Shown: in pieces, positions 24,501 through 38,200 of the stretch
Position numbering within the stretch: position 1 is the stretch's first letter
Layout of the letters: each line of letters starts with the position of its first letter
DNA from: Chiloscyllium plagiosum
Taxonomy: Eukaryota
Length of the DNA stretch: 64,000 nt
Direction: 5' to 3'
Assembly (NCBI RefSeq): GCF_004010195.1
Contig: NC_057720.1
Span: 11,528,103-11,592,102 of the forward strand
Notes under the pieces: generated by a model
Databases searched by the model: none
Told to the model about the DNA's origin: nothing
Seen by the model: only the letters and a program-made list of their open reading frames with translations
Made by a program: the position numbers and the translations under genes

Positions 24501-25344
24501 CTAAAAGTCTCAGACTCCAAGGGTTAACTTACAGGGAGAAATTAAACAAATCCAGTTTTATATTGCTGGAATTGAGAGGAATACTTTGAGCAATGTTACA
24601 AGATGAGAAGGAAGATACATAGGGCAAACTGGGAGTAATTATTTCTGCTGGATGGGTAGTCTTGGGCCCCGGGATACAATGTAAATTTTAGTGGCAGATG
24701 TTGCGAAAGTGAAATTAGGAAACTTTTTTTACACAGTGCGGTAGACATTTGAGACTGTCTTCAGCAAATGGTAATTAATGCTGAATCGATTGCTAATTAT
24801 AAATTTTACATTGACAGGGGATGGCCTTGCAAAGATATTAAAAAATCTGGGGCAAAGGAATTAGGTTGTAGTTCAACCAAGATCTCAGTGTTAGGTAAAA
24901 CAGACTTACAGAGCTGTCTCCTCCTGTTCCTGGGTTTTCCTGTATCATACACACACAACAACGGCAGAGGACAAACTGAATGGATCTTTACTCTTTTTTT
25001 TCATGTTGATTGAATCAGCTTTTTCCAAGGAATTGATTGGTGAGACAATTAAACAGGAAATAAAACTCCCTGCGGCCATTACAGACACTGGGTTAATTCG
25101 ATATCTGGTTTTTGACTGGCTGCACCAAGTGGAACACACACCTGCTATTGACCATCTTTCCTTGAAACAAGGACACCAACAACCTGCATTTGTATGGTGC
25201 CTTTAAATCTTAAAATGCTGCTCATGAAGCTGGGGCTAATTAGACACATTTTGTTACTGACCCAAATAAGGAGATTTCGGGCATAATTGACCAAAGGTCT
25301 GACCAAAGAAATGAGTTTGAGGGAGTGCCTTAAAGGGAGGGTGA

Positions 25345-25700
25345 GAGAACAGCACTGTGTATTATCTACAAGATGCACTGCAGAAATTTCACCAAAGACC
25401 TTTGGACAGCAGCTACCAAAACCCATGACCACTTCCATCAAGAAGGGCAAGGGTAGCAGATACAGGGGAACACCAGTCCCCCCAAGCCACTCTCTGTTCT
25501 GACTTGGAAATATATCGCCATTCCTTTACTATGGATGGGTCAAAATCCTGGAATTCACTCCCTCAGGACATTGTGGGACATCCAACATCATGTGGACTGC
25601 AGCGGTTCAAGAAGGCAGCTCACCCCCACCTTCTCAAGGGCAATTAGGGATGGGTGATAAATGCCAGTGACACCCACATCCCAGGAATGAATAAATAAAA
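25345..25700 (+). mobile_element. 3' end of second-family LINE
   Basis: GSKSWNSLP...GLQRFKKAAHPHLLKG then the tail gcaattagggatggg...gaatgaataaataaaa; second copy at 57115-57450(-). Confidence 0.8.
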
Positions 25701-26017
25701 GTAACCCAGCTGCCTCCATATTCAACGGATCATTCTCAGCCATTTGATGAAAGGAAATTGACCTGAAATGTTAACTTTGTTTCTTTCTCCTGCTGCTAGA
25801 CCTGCTGAGTTTCTCCAGAATTCTCTGTTTCAGTTTCAAATTTTATGCATCTGCAGTATTTTGCTTTGGTGGCAATGCAGTGATAGTGGGGTAATCTGTT
25901 ACGAGATCATCTCTCTGCTCTTCTTCCAAATAATGCCATGGGATCTTTCTTTCCAACTGCGTGGGCCTCACTTTAGAATCTCATCCAAAACATGTTACTT
26001 CCAACAGTGCAAAACTG

Positions 26018-26348
26018 GGCAGCACAGTGGCTCAGTGGTTAGCATTGCTGTCTCTCAGCGTCAGGGTCCCAGGTTCAATTCCAGCCTCGGGTGACTGTCT
26101 GTGTGGAGTTTGCACATTCTCCCTGTGTCTCTGTGGTTTCCTCCCACAATTCAAAAACCTACAGGTTAGGTGGATTGGCCATGCTAAATTACCCATAGTG
26201 TCCAGGGGATGTGTAGGCTAGGTGCATTAGTCAGGGGGAAATGCAGAGTAATAGGGTAGGGGAATGGGTCTGGGAGGGTTACTTCTGAGGGTCAGTGTGG
26301 ACTTGTTGGGCCGAAGGGCCTGTTTCCACACTGTAGGGATTCTATGAT
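26018..26348 (+). mobile_element. HE1-type SINE
   Basis: A/B boxes and gggattctatga tail. Confidence 0.9.
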
Positions 26349-27023
26349 ATGAAAATTCCACTGGAACCTCAACGTGAATCTTGTTCTCAAGCCTTGAGAC
26401 AGAAGTGTTACTAACTGAGCCACAACTGGCTCACAAACCTCGTCTCGGGGACAAAATGGTGATAAGAATAATAAACAGGGCATGGAAATAACCAGGGAAC
26501 AAGTTATGAGTCAGAGGTCAGTTTCCAAGGGCAAACAGGTCATGAAACAATCGTGGAAGCAACATTGCCCTCATTCCTTGTTTTGTTGCAGTATATTGGC
26601 CCAGTTGCCAAGTTCCCATGACAACCAAGAAATCTTTACTTCAAGAAGATTGTCTTATGTTGGAAGTGATGATGCGTGCCAACGTTTACATCAAGGAATG
26701 TTCTGAAATGCAGGAATAATGCCAACCAGTCAATCTTATTAGTTCAGAAATTCGCACAGCATGTTGGAATGATGATTTGGCTTCCTTGTCAGGCACCTGT
26801 TTTTAAAGAAATGTAAGGATTGGTTTCAGGAAAGGGGAGAATGTTCCAAGCATTCCTGAATGTTGAGTGTGCGTGGAGACTGGACAAGGAGATGATTGGT
26901 CTCATCCAAGATGTCCTCTTCATCCTCCCCATAAATTGACTCTTGTTATCAAGGTCTTTGTCTGACTATAGAGGCCACTTCAATAAGGATCCCTCTACAA
27001 TGGGAAGTCAAGATGAAATTATA

Positions 27024-27231
27024 GCTGAAAATGTGTTGCTGGAAAAGCGCAGCAGGTCAGGCAATATCCAGGGAACAGTAGAATTGACTTTTCGGGCATA
27101 AGCCCTTCTTCAGGCTTATGCCCGAAAAGTCGATTCTCCTGTTCCCTGGATGCTGCCTGACCTGCTGCGCTTTTCCAGCAACACATTTTCAGCTCTGGTC
27201 CCCAGCATCTGCAGACCTCACTTTCTCCTCA
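27024..27231. mobile_element. Palindromic hammerhead mini-element (family 1)
   Basis: ~90-bp inverted arms plus tail ...ctgcagacctcactttctcctc; TSD aagatgaaattata at 27010-27023 and 27232-27245. Confidence 0.88.
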
Positions 27232-27558
27232 AAGATGAAATTATATCCCTGGCAGGAATCAGAAGTCTTCGTGCTAATATCTGGAATGGGTGGGTTATCT
27301 TGTAAGGTGAGTGTGGACAGACTAGGCCTTTATGCAAAGGCGTTTGGGAGAATAAAAGCAAATTGAAACATGCAAGTCTGAGAGGTTCTTGGCTGGAGAA
27401 ATGCGGAGAGAGCGTTTCCTCCTACGGAAGAATCTAGAACTGGAGAACAATGTTTAAAAAGCGGGGGTTTCCCATTTAAGACAGAGATAAGGTGATTTTT
27501 TTTCTTCCCTGTTCAATGACCATAAGCCTTTGGAACTGCATTCTGTAAAAGTGGAAAC

Positions 27559-28085
27559 AGAGTCATAGAGTCATACAGCACGGAAATAGACCCTTCAGTC
27601 CAACCAATCCATGCCAACCAGATATCCTAAATTGATCTAGTCCTATTTGCCAGCACCTGACCCATATCCCTCCAAACCCTTCCTATTCATATAACCATCC
27701 GGATGTCTTTTAAATGTTGTAATTGTACCAGCCTTCACCACTTTCTCTGGCATACACGTACCACCCTCACTGTGAAAAGGTTGCCCCGTAGGTCTCTTTT
27801 TTATATCTTTTCCCTCTCACCCTAAAACTACACCCTCTTGTTCTGGACTCCCCACCCCAGGGAAAAGACCTTGTCTATTTAATCTATCCATGCCCCTCAT
27901 GATTTTATAAACCTCTATAAGGTCACCCCTCAGCCTCCAACATTCCAGGGAAAACAGCCCCAGCCTGTTCAGCCTCTCCCTATAGCTCAAATCCTCCAAC
28001 CCTGGCAACATCCTTGTAAATCTTTGCTGAGTGCTTTCAAGTTTCACAACATTCTTCCTATAGTAGAGAGACCAGAATTGCACAC
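27559..28085 (-). mobile_element. HER1/CR1 LINE 3' fragment
   Basis: VQFWSLYYRKNVVKLE..Q.RFTRMLPGLEDLSYRERL.RLGLFSLE..RLRGDLIEVYKIM. Confidence 0.9.
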
Positions 28086-28355
28086 TGTGTTGCTTGAATA
28101 TTTGGGAGCCAGAGGTGGATAGATTTCTGTTAAGCAAAAGGGTGAAAGGTTATCAGGGGCAGGTGGGATATGGAATTGACATTACAGTTATTGAATGGTG
28201 AATGACCTACTCTTGCTCCTGATTTGTAAGCTCATGTGCTTGTACATAGGCAAGTAAACGAGGGGGGTTTTAGCAATAGAACGAGTCTCATCTAATCAAC
28301 CCCCTTGAGCTTAATCTCAACATCAGTTAGTTCCTGACTGATCTGTACTGCAGCT

Positions 28356-28438
28356 GAAAATGTGTTGCAGGAAAAGCGAAGCAGGTCAGGCAGCATCCAG
28401 GGAACAGGAGAATCGACGTTTCGGGCATAAGCCCTTCT
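28356..28438 (-). mobile_element. Half (single-arm) family-1 mini-element
   Basis: TSD tctgtactgcagct at 28342-28355 and 28439-28452; truncated inside the hammerhead core. Confidence 0.8.
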
Positions 28439-29799
28439 TCTGTACTGCAGCTCCGTCCAACCTGAGTTTTACCAGGATGTTGCCTGGTATGGAGAGAAGG
28501 TCCTATGAGGAAAGGCTGAAGGACTTGAGGCTGTTTTCATTGGAGAGGAAAAGGTTAAGAGGTGACTCAATGGAGACATACAAGACGAATAGAGAGTTAG
28601 ATAGGGTGGATGGTGAGAGCCTTTTTTCTCGGATGGTGATGGCTAGCACAAGGGGACATAACTTTAAATTGAGGGTTGATAGTTATAGGACAGATGGCAG
28701 AGGTAGGTTCTTTACTCAAAGTAATAAGGGCATGCAACGGCCTGTCTGCAACAGTAGTAGACTTGTCAACTTTAAGGGCATTTCAATGGTCATTGGATAA
28801 ACAAATGAATGATAATGGAACAGTCAGCACAACATCAAGGGCTGAAGGGCCTGTTCTGCGCTGTAATGTTCCATGTTATGTTCCTCATTGATCCTACTAA
28901 CAAAAAAGTACTCACCTCGGCTGGGAGATTTTAATTTACCCGCAACCTCAGCAGTGTTTTGGGGAGAATATTTGAAACTTACAGCACACTCTGTGTGAAG
29001 AAATGCCTCCTCATATCATCCCTGAGTGGTCAAAGTTTAAGGCTACACTTCTTCTGGACTCCCCCTCCATCCTAAGCCACATCAGAGAAAATACTGTCTC
29101 TCTACTGGCCATTTAAAATCTTGTAATCACCTTCAAGACCAGAAAATCTACCCAAAGTGTACTGACTTGCCCGATGTGCAAAGACTAAAGGTAATCTGTA
29201 TGCTAGTGGCTGGCAGCATGAAGGAATTCAATTCAGGAATATAAAACAAAGAAAGGAAAATCCCTAATACATAAAAAGCAAAGCTTCCAAATCAGCTTTT
29301 ATCCTTTGTGTTTTTGAATCCACCCAGGATCGCAGGTATCGCTGTGACATTCAATGTTCCTCAGAGAGCTCTGCTTGCTTCATGTTGAGTCCACACTGAA
29401 TGACATGCTTCATCATACGCACACTTTCAACCTCGCCTCCAACAGCAGCGCCTCACGCTGGCTCAGAGCTGTCCTAAAGTGAAAGGAGAAAGATTTAAAA
29501 GGGACCTGAGGGGCAACCTTTTCACACAGAGGGTGGCTCTTGTGTTGAATGAACTGCCAAAGGAAGTGGTAGATACAGGTACAGTTGCAACATGTGAAAG
29601 ATATTTGGACAGCTACATGAAGAGGAAAGGTTTAGAGGGATATGGGTCAAACACAGGCAAGTGGGATTAGTTTAGTTTGGGACAATTGATTGGCATGGTC
29701 AAGTTGGACCGAAGGGTCTATTTCTGTGCTGAAAGGCCCTTATGACCATCTCCTGCAAGTTCCCCTCCAAGCCGCACACAATCCTGACTTGGAACTGAA

Positions 29800-30025
29800 A
29801 TAAAATAAAGAAATGCGGATGCTGGAGATGTGAAACAAAAGCAGAAACTGCTGGAGAATCTCAACAGGTCTGGCAGCATCTGTGGGAAGAGAAGCAACGT
29901 TAATGTTTCGAGTCCGGTGACTCTTCATAGAGTACTTGATGAAGAGTCATACAGGACTCAAAACATTAACTCTGTTTCTCTCTGTATAGCTGCTGCTGAG
30001 ATTCTCCAGCAATTTCTGTTTTTGT
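29800..30025. mobile_element. Palindromic mini-element (family 3) with two opposed degenerate hammerhead motifs
   Basis: gttaatgtttcgagtccggtgactcttcat...atgaagagtcatacaggactcaaaacattaac at the centre; arms aagcagaaactgctggagaatctc / gagattctccagcaatttctgttt. Confidence 0.7.
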
Positions 30026-32349
30026 GACTTGGAATTGTATTGGTATTCCTTCACTGTCACTGGGTCAACTTCTGGTGAAATTGTTCCCCTAACAGCACTG
30101 TGGGTGATCCTGCACTCAAAGGAGTTCAGGGGGTCACTCTCCACCACCTTCCAAAGGGACAATTATGGGTGGACAATAAATATTGACCTAGCCAGTAACA
30201 CTCACATCCCGTGGACATTTTTTTCACTGGCTAAGGCATCGGGAGAATGTCGTTGCCTCATTTTATGGGATCGCCTTTGACCTGAGAGTGGTAGACAGAG
30301 CCAGGTTTTGCCCTGAATGACTGCACCTCTGGCAGTGTAGCACTCCATCAGCACTGCACCAGAGTGGCTTCTGAGGTGATGTCCTTAGAGAGAGGCTTGA
30401 ACCTTTGATGTGATTCAGAGGTTGCGTTTTGAGAGTCTGAGGAATGAATGCTATTTTACTTGAAATTTCTTTCTCTTACTTTTAGCAGACTAATTGAAAA
30501 GCTGTAGACAGATTTTAGATGATAACATTAAGTAGCAGCAGCTGATCACACCGACATTGAGAAAGAAATATCTTGTGTTTATGTCATGTCTATCACATCC
30601 TCAGTATGTTCCAGTGTGTGTCATGAGCCAAGGGCTTTCAAACTGCGTTCACAGTTATTGTGGAGGTATTTAAACAAAGATGAATAAGATTTTCATTTAT
30701 TTAAGTGTTAAGAACCTCGAGACATTCCAATGCACTTTAACATGATGAAGTGCACCAGGAATGTACACAGAATGTAAAACGTTACAGTGCAGTACAGGCC
30801 CTTCGGCCCCCGATCTACCCTACACTATTCCTTTTACATCCATATGTTTATCCATTGACCATTTAAATGCCCTTAAAGTTGGCGAGTCTACTACTGTTGC
30901 AGGCAATGCGTTCCACGCCCCTACTACTCTGAGTAAAGAAACTACCTCTGACATCTGTCCAATGTCAATTCAAAGTTATGTCCCCTATGTAGTTACTGTT
31001 ACAATTTAGACAGTGGATTCAAGATCGCATTAACACAGGGTGATTCATTTTGCGAGCTCTCTACAGCAGATCTTATTCTCACGTTTCTTATAATCGTTCT
31101 GTCTCTGTCTGCTCAATCACCCTGTGATCTATATGTCCTTGTATGCTATGATCTGCCTGTACTGCTCACAAAACCTTTCACTGCACTTCGATCTATGTGA
31201 CAACAATAAATCAACAACAATAAATGTGGCAGTCAGTTTGCACAAGGTCCCACAAGCAGCAGCGTATTGGATATTGAATTGAATTAACTTTATTGTCACA
31301 TGAGTACAGTATAAACTTTACAAGTCCCACGTACAGTGCCTTCTGAGGTACAAACATACCTGGGTATAGAATCAGCAAAGTAAAGAATACAAAGCTAAAA
31401 AGTTGAACATTACAGTGCTTCTTACAAAAAAGTAGAAAACCGAAGAAACACAGTTAACAGTTCAACGTCACATTCCATAATCGCCTGGCCGTGCTGGACT
31501 CATATTCCTCACAAGAGCTCAACGTCCCCCACTTAAGGCTCGACCTTGCCCCTGCCACCACCCCGTGCTGCTTGCTCTCACCACCTTGCAGCCTGTTCCT
31601 GCTGCCACTGCCATTGCCATGTCACACTGCCTGCTCCAGCTCTCACTCCCGGCCACCCCAGGTTTCCTGTTCCCACTCTCATGGCCAGTTGGGATGACTG
31701 CCAAGTTGATGTCAGGGACCCCTTTCTTCCCCGACTGCCTCGATCTCCTCCTTGCTGCCACAAACCCGTGCCTCACATAAGCTAAGTAGATTAAATTAAG
31801 GAAAAAACAAGCGGTGAAAGAAGAGAAAAGCAAAAGTTAAAGATGAATGGTAAGAGTAGACGAGCCCTGAGCAGGAGCCTGCATGTCACACTACAACTCC
31901 GCCCTCTTGGAGATACGGTGCCCCAAGTCTATCTGTTTAAATATAGCACATGCAGCAGGCAGGACTCCCCCTGCTCCTGTCTGAATAACATCATCACGTT
32001 TTTTGTGTCCAACTGCTAGCACAGATGGAGCCATGGGTTTAATGTCTCACCTGAAAGGGAGTATTTGTGACACGGCTGTAATCCCTCAGTATTGTACAGG
32101 AGAGTCAGGAGAAACTAGTATTCCAGTCTTTGGAATGGGATTTAATCCCAAAACCTTATGAATGGGAGGGTACAGGGGAGCAGTGCTATTCCCTAAACCA
32201 TATTTAACACTGTTTGATTTCCAAGACCAAAGCCTGAGTCTGGCAGATTCCCCGACTCGGTACAGCGGCTCCTTTGGTTTCTGTTGTAGCTTTTTCCGGT
32301 CCGTTGTCTGCTTTGGAACATGTGGTCATCCAAGATGTTTCTTTTCTAG

Positions 32350-32457
32350 GAAAGCCTCCAATTCCTGGCTGAGTACTGGCTGGTTCACCATGATCATCGC
32401 CCTGGAACTTTGCAATAGAATTGACGTGTATGGTATGGTCCCACCGAACCACTGCAG
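32350..32457 (+). CDS. ST6GALNAC5: ST6GALNAC5-like exon containing sialylmotif S
   Basis: Acceptor tttcttttctag|G and donor TGCAG|gtaggt; 108 nt, phase 2-2, in frame with the previous exon (AG+G=Arg). Encodes KASNSWLSTGWFTMIIALELCNRIDVYGMVPPNHCR. Confidence 0.93.
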
Positions 32458-33640
32458 GTAGGTGCTGACTGTCACTGGTTTCATAGCATGAGGCCTTTTT
32501 GTTGACTTCCTGCTTCCTGGTAGCCTGTAGTCTTCATTGATTTAATTGTCCTACATTCATTAAGGTGAGTGTGGTACCTGAGCTATGCTTGATTGGTGAA
32601 GAATGGGCATTGACTCAGAGCAAAATAAATGAAAGCAAGAGTGCAGGTAGTCAGTGATTGCAGGGATATTTCAAAACTGTAGCAAAAAAAGGTACCCCTT
32701 TATATAGGGTCATCTGAGATTTATAAAATGTACAACAATCTGATGAATACACAACATAGCCTGATCCTGAGCACAGATAGGATAGACAGGAAGGGAACAT
32801 TCTCCCTGATGGAGGGTTCAGTGGCCACAGAAATAGATTTAAGGTAGGGCAGAAGGTTTATAGGAAACATTTTTTTCATCTAGAGGGTGGTAAGAATCGG
32901 GAATTCACTGCCTTTGAAGACAGTAGAGACAGAAACCCTTGGTACATTTAAGAAATATTTAGATGTGCACTTATGATGCCAAGACTTTTGGCCAAGTGCT
33001 GGAAAATAGGATTGGAATCATTAGGTGGTTATTTTTGACTGGCACGGACATGATGGGCCAAAGGTTCTTTTTCTGTGCTGTGGATGTTTATGATTCTCTC
33101 CCGATGTAAGCCAGTGTGCAAGCCCTAAAGTTGGAGTGTATCAAAATTAACCATGATCTTTCAGTTCCTCAATCTGTGCATGGTCCTTTCAACAAATGTC
33201 AATCAGTATTGTACCGAAGTGACTCCACCATTCAAGATGGAGACTGAGACAATTATGGATATCAGGGCCTCAGCTACTCTAGAATAGACTATAAATCAAT
33301 ACGACAGCTTTCTGGTCTGCTATTTTTTCTTAAACCCAAAGGATTTGAGAGTCTTTGGCAAAGCCAGCTTTATTACCAATTCCTATTTGCAAGAAGGCAA
33401 TGGTGAACCACAAGGAGTTGGTACGCCCTCTGGGACATTAAGGAATGGATCCTGCGGGTTTTGGAAATAATGCATAAAAAATGAAAATCATCCACTTTGG
33501 TAGTAAGAACCGATTTGCAGAGTATGCCTTATGTGCGTGAGGTTGGAGATGTTGATCTGCAAGGGTGTCCTTGTCGATGGGTCGCTGAAGGTGAACATGC
33601 AGGTGTAGCAAGCTATTAGAAAGCTGAGCAGAATGTTAGC

Positions 33641-33938
33641 TTGGGTGGCACAGTAGCTCAGTGGGTAGCACTTCTGCCTCACAGTGCCAGGGACCCAGGT
33701 TTGATTCCATCCTCAGGCAACTCTTTAAGTGGAGCTTGCGTGTTCTCCCTGTGTCTGTGTGGGTTTTCTCTGGCTGCTCTGGTTTGCTCCCGCAGTCCAA
33801 AGATGTGCAGGTTAGGTGGATTAACCATGGGAAATGCAGGCTTATAGGAATGGGGTGGATCTGGATGAGAAGCTGTTTGGAGGGTCAATGCAGACTTGAT
33901 GGGCTGAATGGCCTGCTTCCACACTGCAGTGATACTAT
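33641..33938 (+). mobile_element. HE1-type SINE nested in an old CR1 fragment (~33450-34470)
   Basis: SINE head and tail; host atgttagc appears on both sides. Confidence 0.85.
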
Positions 33939-35247
33939 GTTAGCCTTTATCGTAAAAGAATGTGAGTACAGGAGCAGTGAACCCTTGCTCCAATTACACA
34001 GGAGTTTGGTTAGAACACACCTGGAGGGCTTTCTGCAGTTTTGGTCTCCGTATCACAGGAAAGATATTATTGTCAGAGAGGAAATGCAACAAACACTCAC
34101 TAGATTTGTTCCCAGGATGTCAGGACTGACCAATGAAAAGGAATTGGGCAAAGTTTCTCTGAAGTTTTGGATAATGAGAGCTGATCTCATTGAAATGTAC
34201 AAGGTACTTGATAGGCAGTGAGTTGAGGAGAAATTGTTTTACTCAGAATCTTTGGAATTCTGTTCCCCAGAGAGCGGGAGAAGCCAAGCACGTTTGAGGC
34301 AGAGGTTAATGGATTTCTGATGATCAATGGCATAAAGTGTTATGGGGGTGGTGGTGGTGGGGGGGGGGGGTGGAGTTTAGGTAAAACACATTGGAATGTT
34401 CAATCAGCCATGATTGTAATAAATGGTGGAGCGGGCTTAATCGGCAGAATGGTCTCCTCCCATTCCTAATATTGCAGTATTTTCACCCAGTGTTAAACTG
34501 GGAATGTTGATATGATTTGAAGGGGGGCTTCAAATTGATGGAGACCTCAAACCCTTGCTGCCCTTGTTCTTCTATATAGTGGATGTTGCGGATTTGGAAC
34601 GCGCTATTGAAGAAGTCTTGGGGAGTTGTTGTAATCTGGGTACAATACACACCATGACTCATCTAAGCTACTAAACTGTTGGGAAATCATTTGAGCTTGC
34701 ATTCACCCGTGATTGCATCCAACAGAATACAAGCATAAATTGCATTGTTGCAATTAATTGAGAAACTTCTAAAAAGCTGCAACTGTCAGATTTTAAGAAA
34801 CACAACAGTCAATTTGCACACAGCAAGGTCACACAAATTAAAATGTGATCCAGAGATTCAGAGTCACACAGCACAGAAACAGAGCCTTCGGTCCAACCAG
34901 TCCATGCCGAACATTATCCCAGACTAAACTACTCCCACCTGCCCGCGCTTCACCCTTATCCCTCCAAATATTTCTTATTCATGTACTTATCTAAATATCT
35001 TTTAAACATTGTAACTTCCTCAGGAAGTTTATTCCACTCACAAACTACTGTCTGTGTAAAAATTTGCCTCTCGTGTCTTTTTAAGTCTCTTTCCTCTCAT
35101 CTTAAAAATATGCCCTCCAGTCTTGAAATCCCCTATGCTAAGGAAAAGACACCTCTCATTAATCCTATCTATACCCCTCACAATTTTATAAACCTGCATA
35201 AGATCACCTCTTAACCTCCTGTACTCCAGTGAAAAAGGTCCCAGCCT

Positions 35248-38200
35248 CCATTTTACAGCAGGAGAGAGGACGAGAGGGCTGTTTTCTCTCGAATAGTCTG
35301 TTTAGCAAGTTTTGAGAAGATTTGTAGCTCAGGTTGATGTTTTGGATGTAGGTTTTGTTGATAAACAAACACATCGAGTTAGACTCCATTTACCACCCCC
35401 TAAGAAAAGGAGCAGGGAATGACTTCACCACAGGAAATGACATCACCAACCCAAAGAAACCCAAACATATAAATAGAAAGCAAGAATTTTCAGCATTGCC
35501 CACTAAGATGTTAGGAGAAAGTGAGGTCTGCAGATGCTGGAGATCAGAGCTTAAAAATGTGTTGCTGGAAAAGCACAGCAGGTCAGGCAGCATCCAAGGA
35601 GCAGGAGAATCGATGTTTCGGGCATAAGCCCTTCTTCAGGAATGTTACCTAGTATGGCGCAATGAAATGTTTGGAAATGAACCTCCAAGCTCAGTGAGCA
35701 AACCTACATCCAAAGTCTCCTTAGCAATTTAGAACAGTGGGAATGTGGTTAGGGCAGTTGAATGTTCCTCCTGCAGAACATGGGAGGTGAAGGTCACCAC
35801 TAGTGTCCCTGCTGGCTTCCTCTGCGGGAAGTGCACCCAACTCCAGCTCCTCAAAAACCATGTTAGGGAACTGGAGCTGGAGCTGGATGAACTTTGGATT
35901 ATTCGGGAGGTGGAGGAGGTTATTGAGAGGAATTACAGGGAGGTAGTCACACCTCAGGTGCAAGAAAAAGGCAGATGGTTTACAGTCAGGAGTCGGAAAG
36001 GGAACCGGCAGGCAGTGCAGGGATCCCCTGTGGCTGTTCTCCTCAATAACAAGTATACCGTTTTGGATACTGTTGGAGGGGAAGACTTATCAACCATAAG
36101 CCATGGAGTGCAGGCACAGAGTCTGTCCTTGTTGCTCAGAAGGGAAGGGGGTAGAAGAGCAGAGCATTAGTCACTGGGGACTCAATAATTAGGGGGACAG
36201 ATAGAAGGTGGCAGAAGTTCAGAGAGCTAGAGTGGAAGTTTAGAGCTAGAACAAACAGAGTTGTTATCTCTGGTTTGTTGCCCGTGCTACGTGCTAGCAA
36301 GGTGAGGAATAGGGAGAGAAAGCAGCTGAATACGTGGTTGCAGGGATGGTGCAGGAGGGAAGGTTTTGGATTTCTGGATAATTGGGACTCATTCTGGGGT
36401 AGGTGGGACCTCTACAAATGGGATGGTCTACACCTGAACCAGAGGGGTACCAATATCCTGGGAGGGAAATTTTCTAATGCTCTTTAAAAGGATATAAACT
36501 AATTCAACAGGGGGATGGGAACCTGAATTGTAGCTGCAGTGTACAGGATATTGAGAGTAGTGAAGTCAGAAATGAGGTTTCAAGGTAACAAGAATGTACC
36601 GGCAGGCAGGAAAGTAGTATGAAGTGTGTCTACTTCAATGCCAGGAACATCCGGAATAAGGTGGGTGAACTTGCAGCATGGGTTGGTACCTGGGACTTTG
36701 ATGTTATGGCCATTTCAGAGACATGGATAGAGCAGGTTCAGGAATGGTTGTTACAGACTCTGGGGTTTAGATGTTTCAGTAAGAATAGGGAAGATGATAA
36801 GAGGGGGAGGTGTGACATTGTTAGTCAAGGACAGTATTACGGTGGCAGAAAGGACATTTGATGAGGACTCATCTACTGAAGTAATGTGAGCTGAGGTTAG
36901 AAACAGGAAAAGAGAGGTCAACCTGTTGGGTATTTTCTATGGGCCTCTGAAAAGTTCCAGAGATATAGAGGAAAGGATAGCAAAGATGATTCTGGATAGG
37001 AGCCAAAGTAACAGGGTTGTTGTTATGGAGGGACTTTAACTTTCCAAATATTGATTGGAAATGGGTCAGTTTTTGTCCAACGTGTGCAGGAGGTTTTCCT
37101 GACACAGTGTGTAGACAGGCCAACAAGAGCTGAGGCCACACTGGATTTGGTACTGGGTAATGAACCAGGCCAGGTGTTAGATTTGGAGATAGGTGAGCAC
37201 TTTGGTGATAGTGACTACAATTCGGTTACATTTACTTCAGCAATGGAAAGGGATAGGCACCCAGAGAGTGATGGGTGGGTGGAATGCTCTGCCCCAGAAG
37301 GCAGTGGAGGCCCAGTCTCTGGATTTGTTTAAGAAATAGTTGGATAGAGCTCTCAAGGATAGTGGAATCAAGGGTTACGGAGATAAGGCAAGAACAGGAT
37401 ACTGATTGAGGATGATCAGCCATGATCATAATGAATGGTGGTGCAGGCTAGAAGGGCAGAATGGCCTACTCCTGCACCTATTGTGTATTGTATTGCAGGG
37501 CAGGAGTTATAGCTGGGGGAAAGGCAACTATGATGCAATTAGGCAAGATTTAGGATGCATAGGATGGGCAAGGAAACTGCAGGGGATGGCCACAATTTGA
37601 AATGTGGAGCTTGTTCAACGAACAGTTACTGTGGGTCCTTGATAAGTATGTACTGGTCAGGCAGGGAGGAAGTGGTTGAATGAGGGAACCATGATTTACT
37701 AAAGAAGTTGAATCTCTTGTCAAGAGAAAGAAGGAGGCTCATATGAGGATGAGACGTGAAGGCTCAGTTAGGGGGCTTGAGAGTTACAAGTTAGCCAGGA
37801 AGGACCTAAAGAGACAGCTAAGAACAGCCAGGAGGGGACATGAGAAGCCTTTGGCAGATAGGATCATGGAAAACCCTAAAGCTTTCTACAGGTATGTCAG
37901 GAATGACTAGAGTAAGATTAGGGTCAGTCAAGGGCAGTAGTGGGAAGTGGTGTGTGGAGTCCAAGGAGGTATGAGAAGTGTTAAATGAATATTTTTCATT
38001 TAGTATTCACACTGGAAAAAGACAGTATTGTCGAGGACAATACTGTGATACAGGCTATTAGACTAGACAGGATTGAGGTGCATAAGGAGGAGGTGTTAGC
38101 AATTCTGGAAAGTGTAAAAATAGATAAGTCCCCTGGGCCAGATGGGATTAATCCTTGGGTTCTCTGGGAAACCAGGAAGGTGATTGCAGACCCTTTGACT

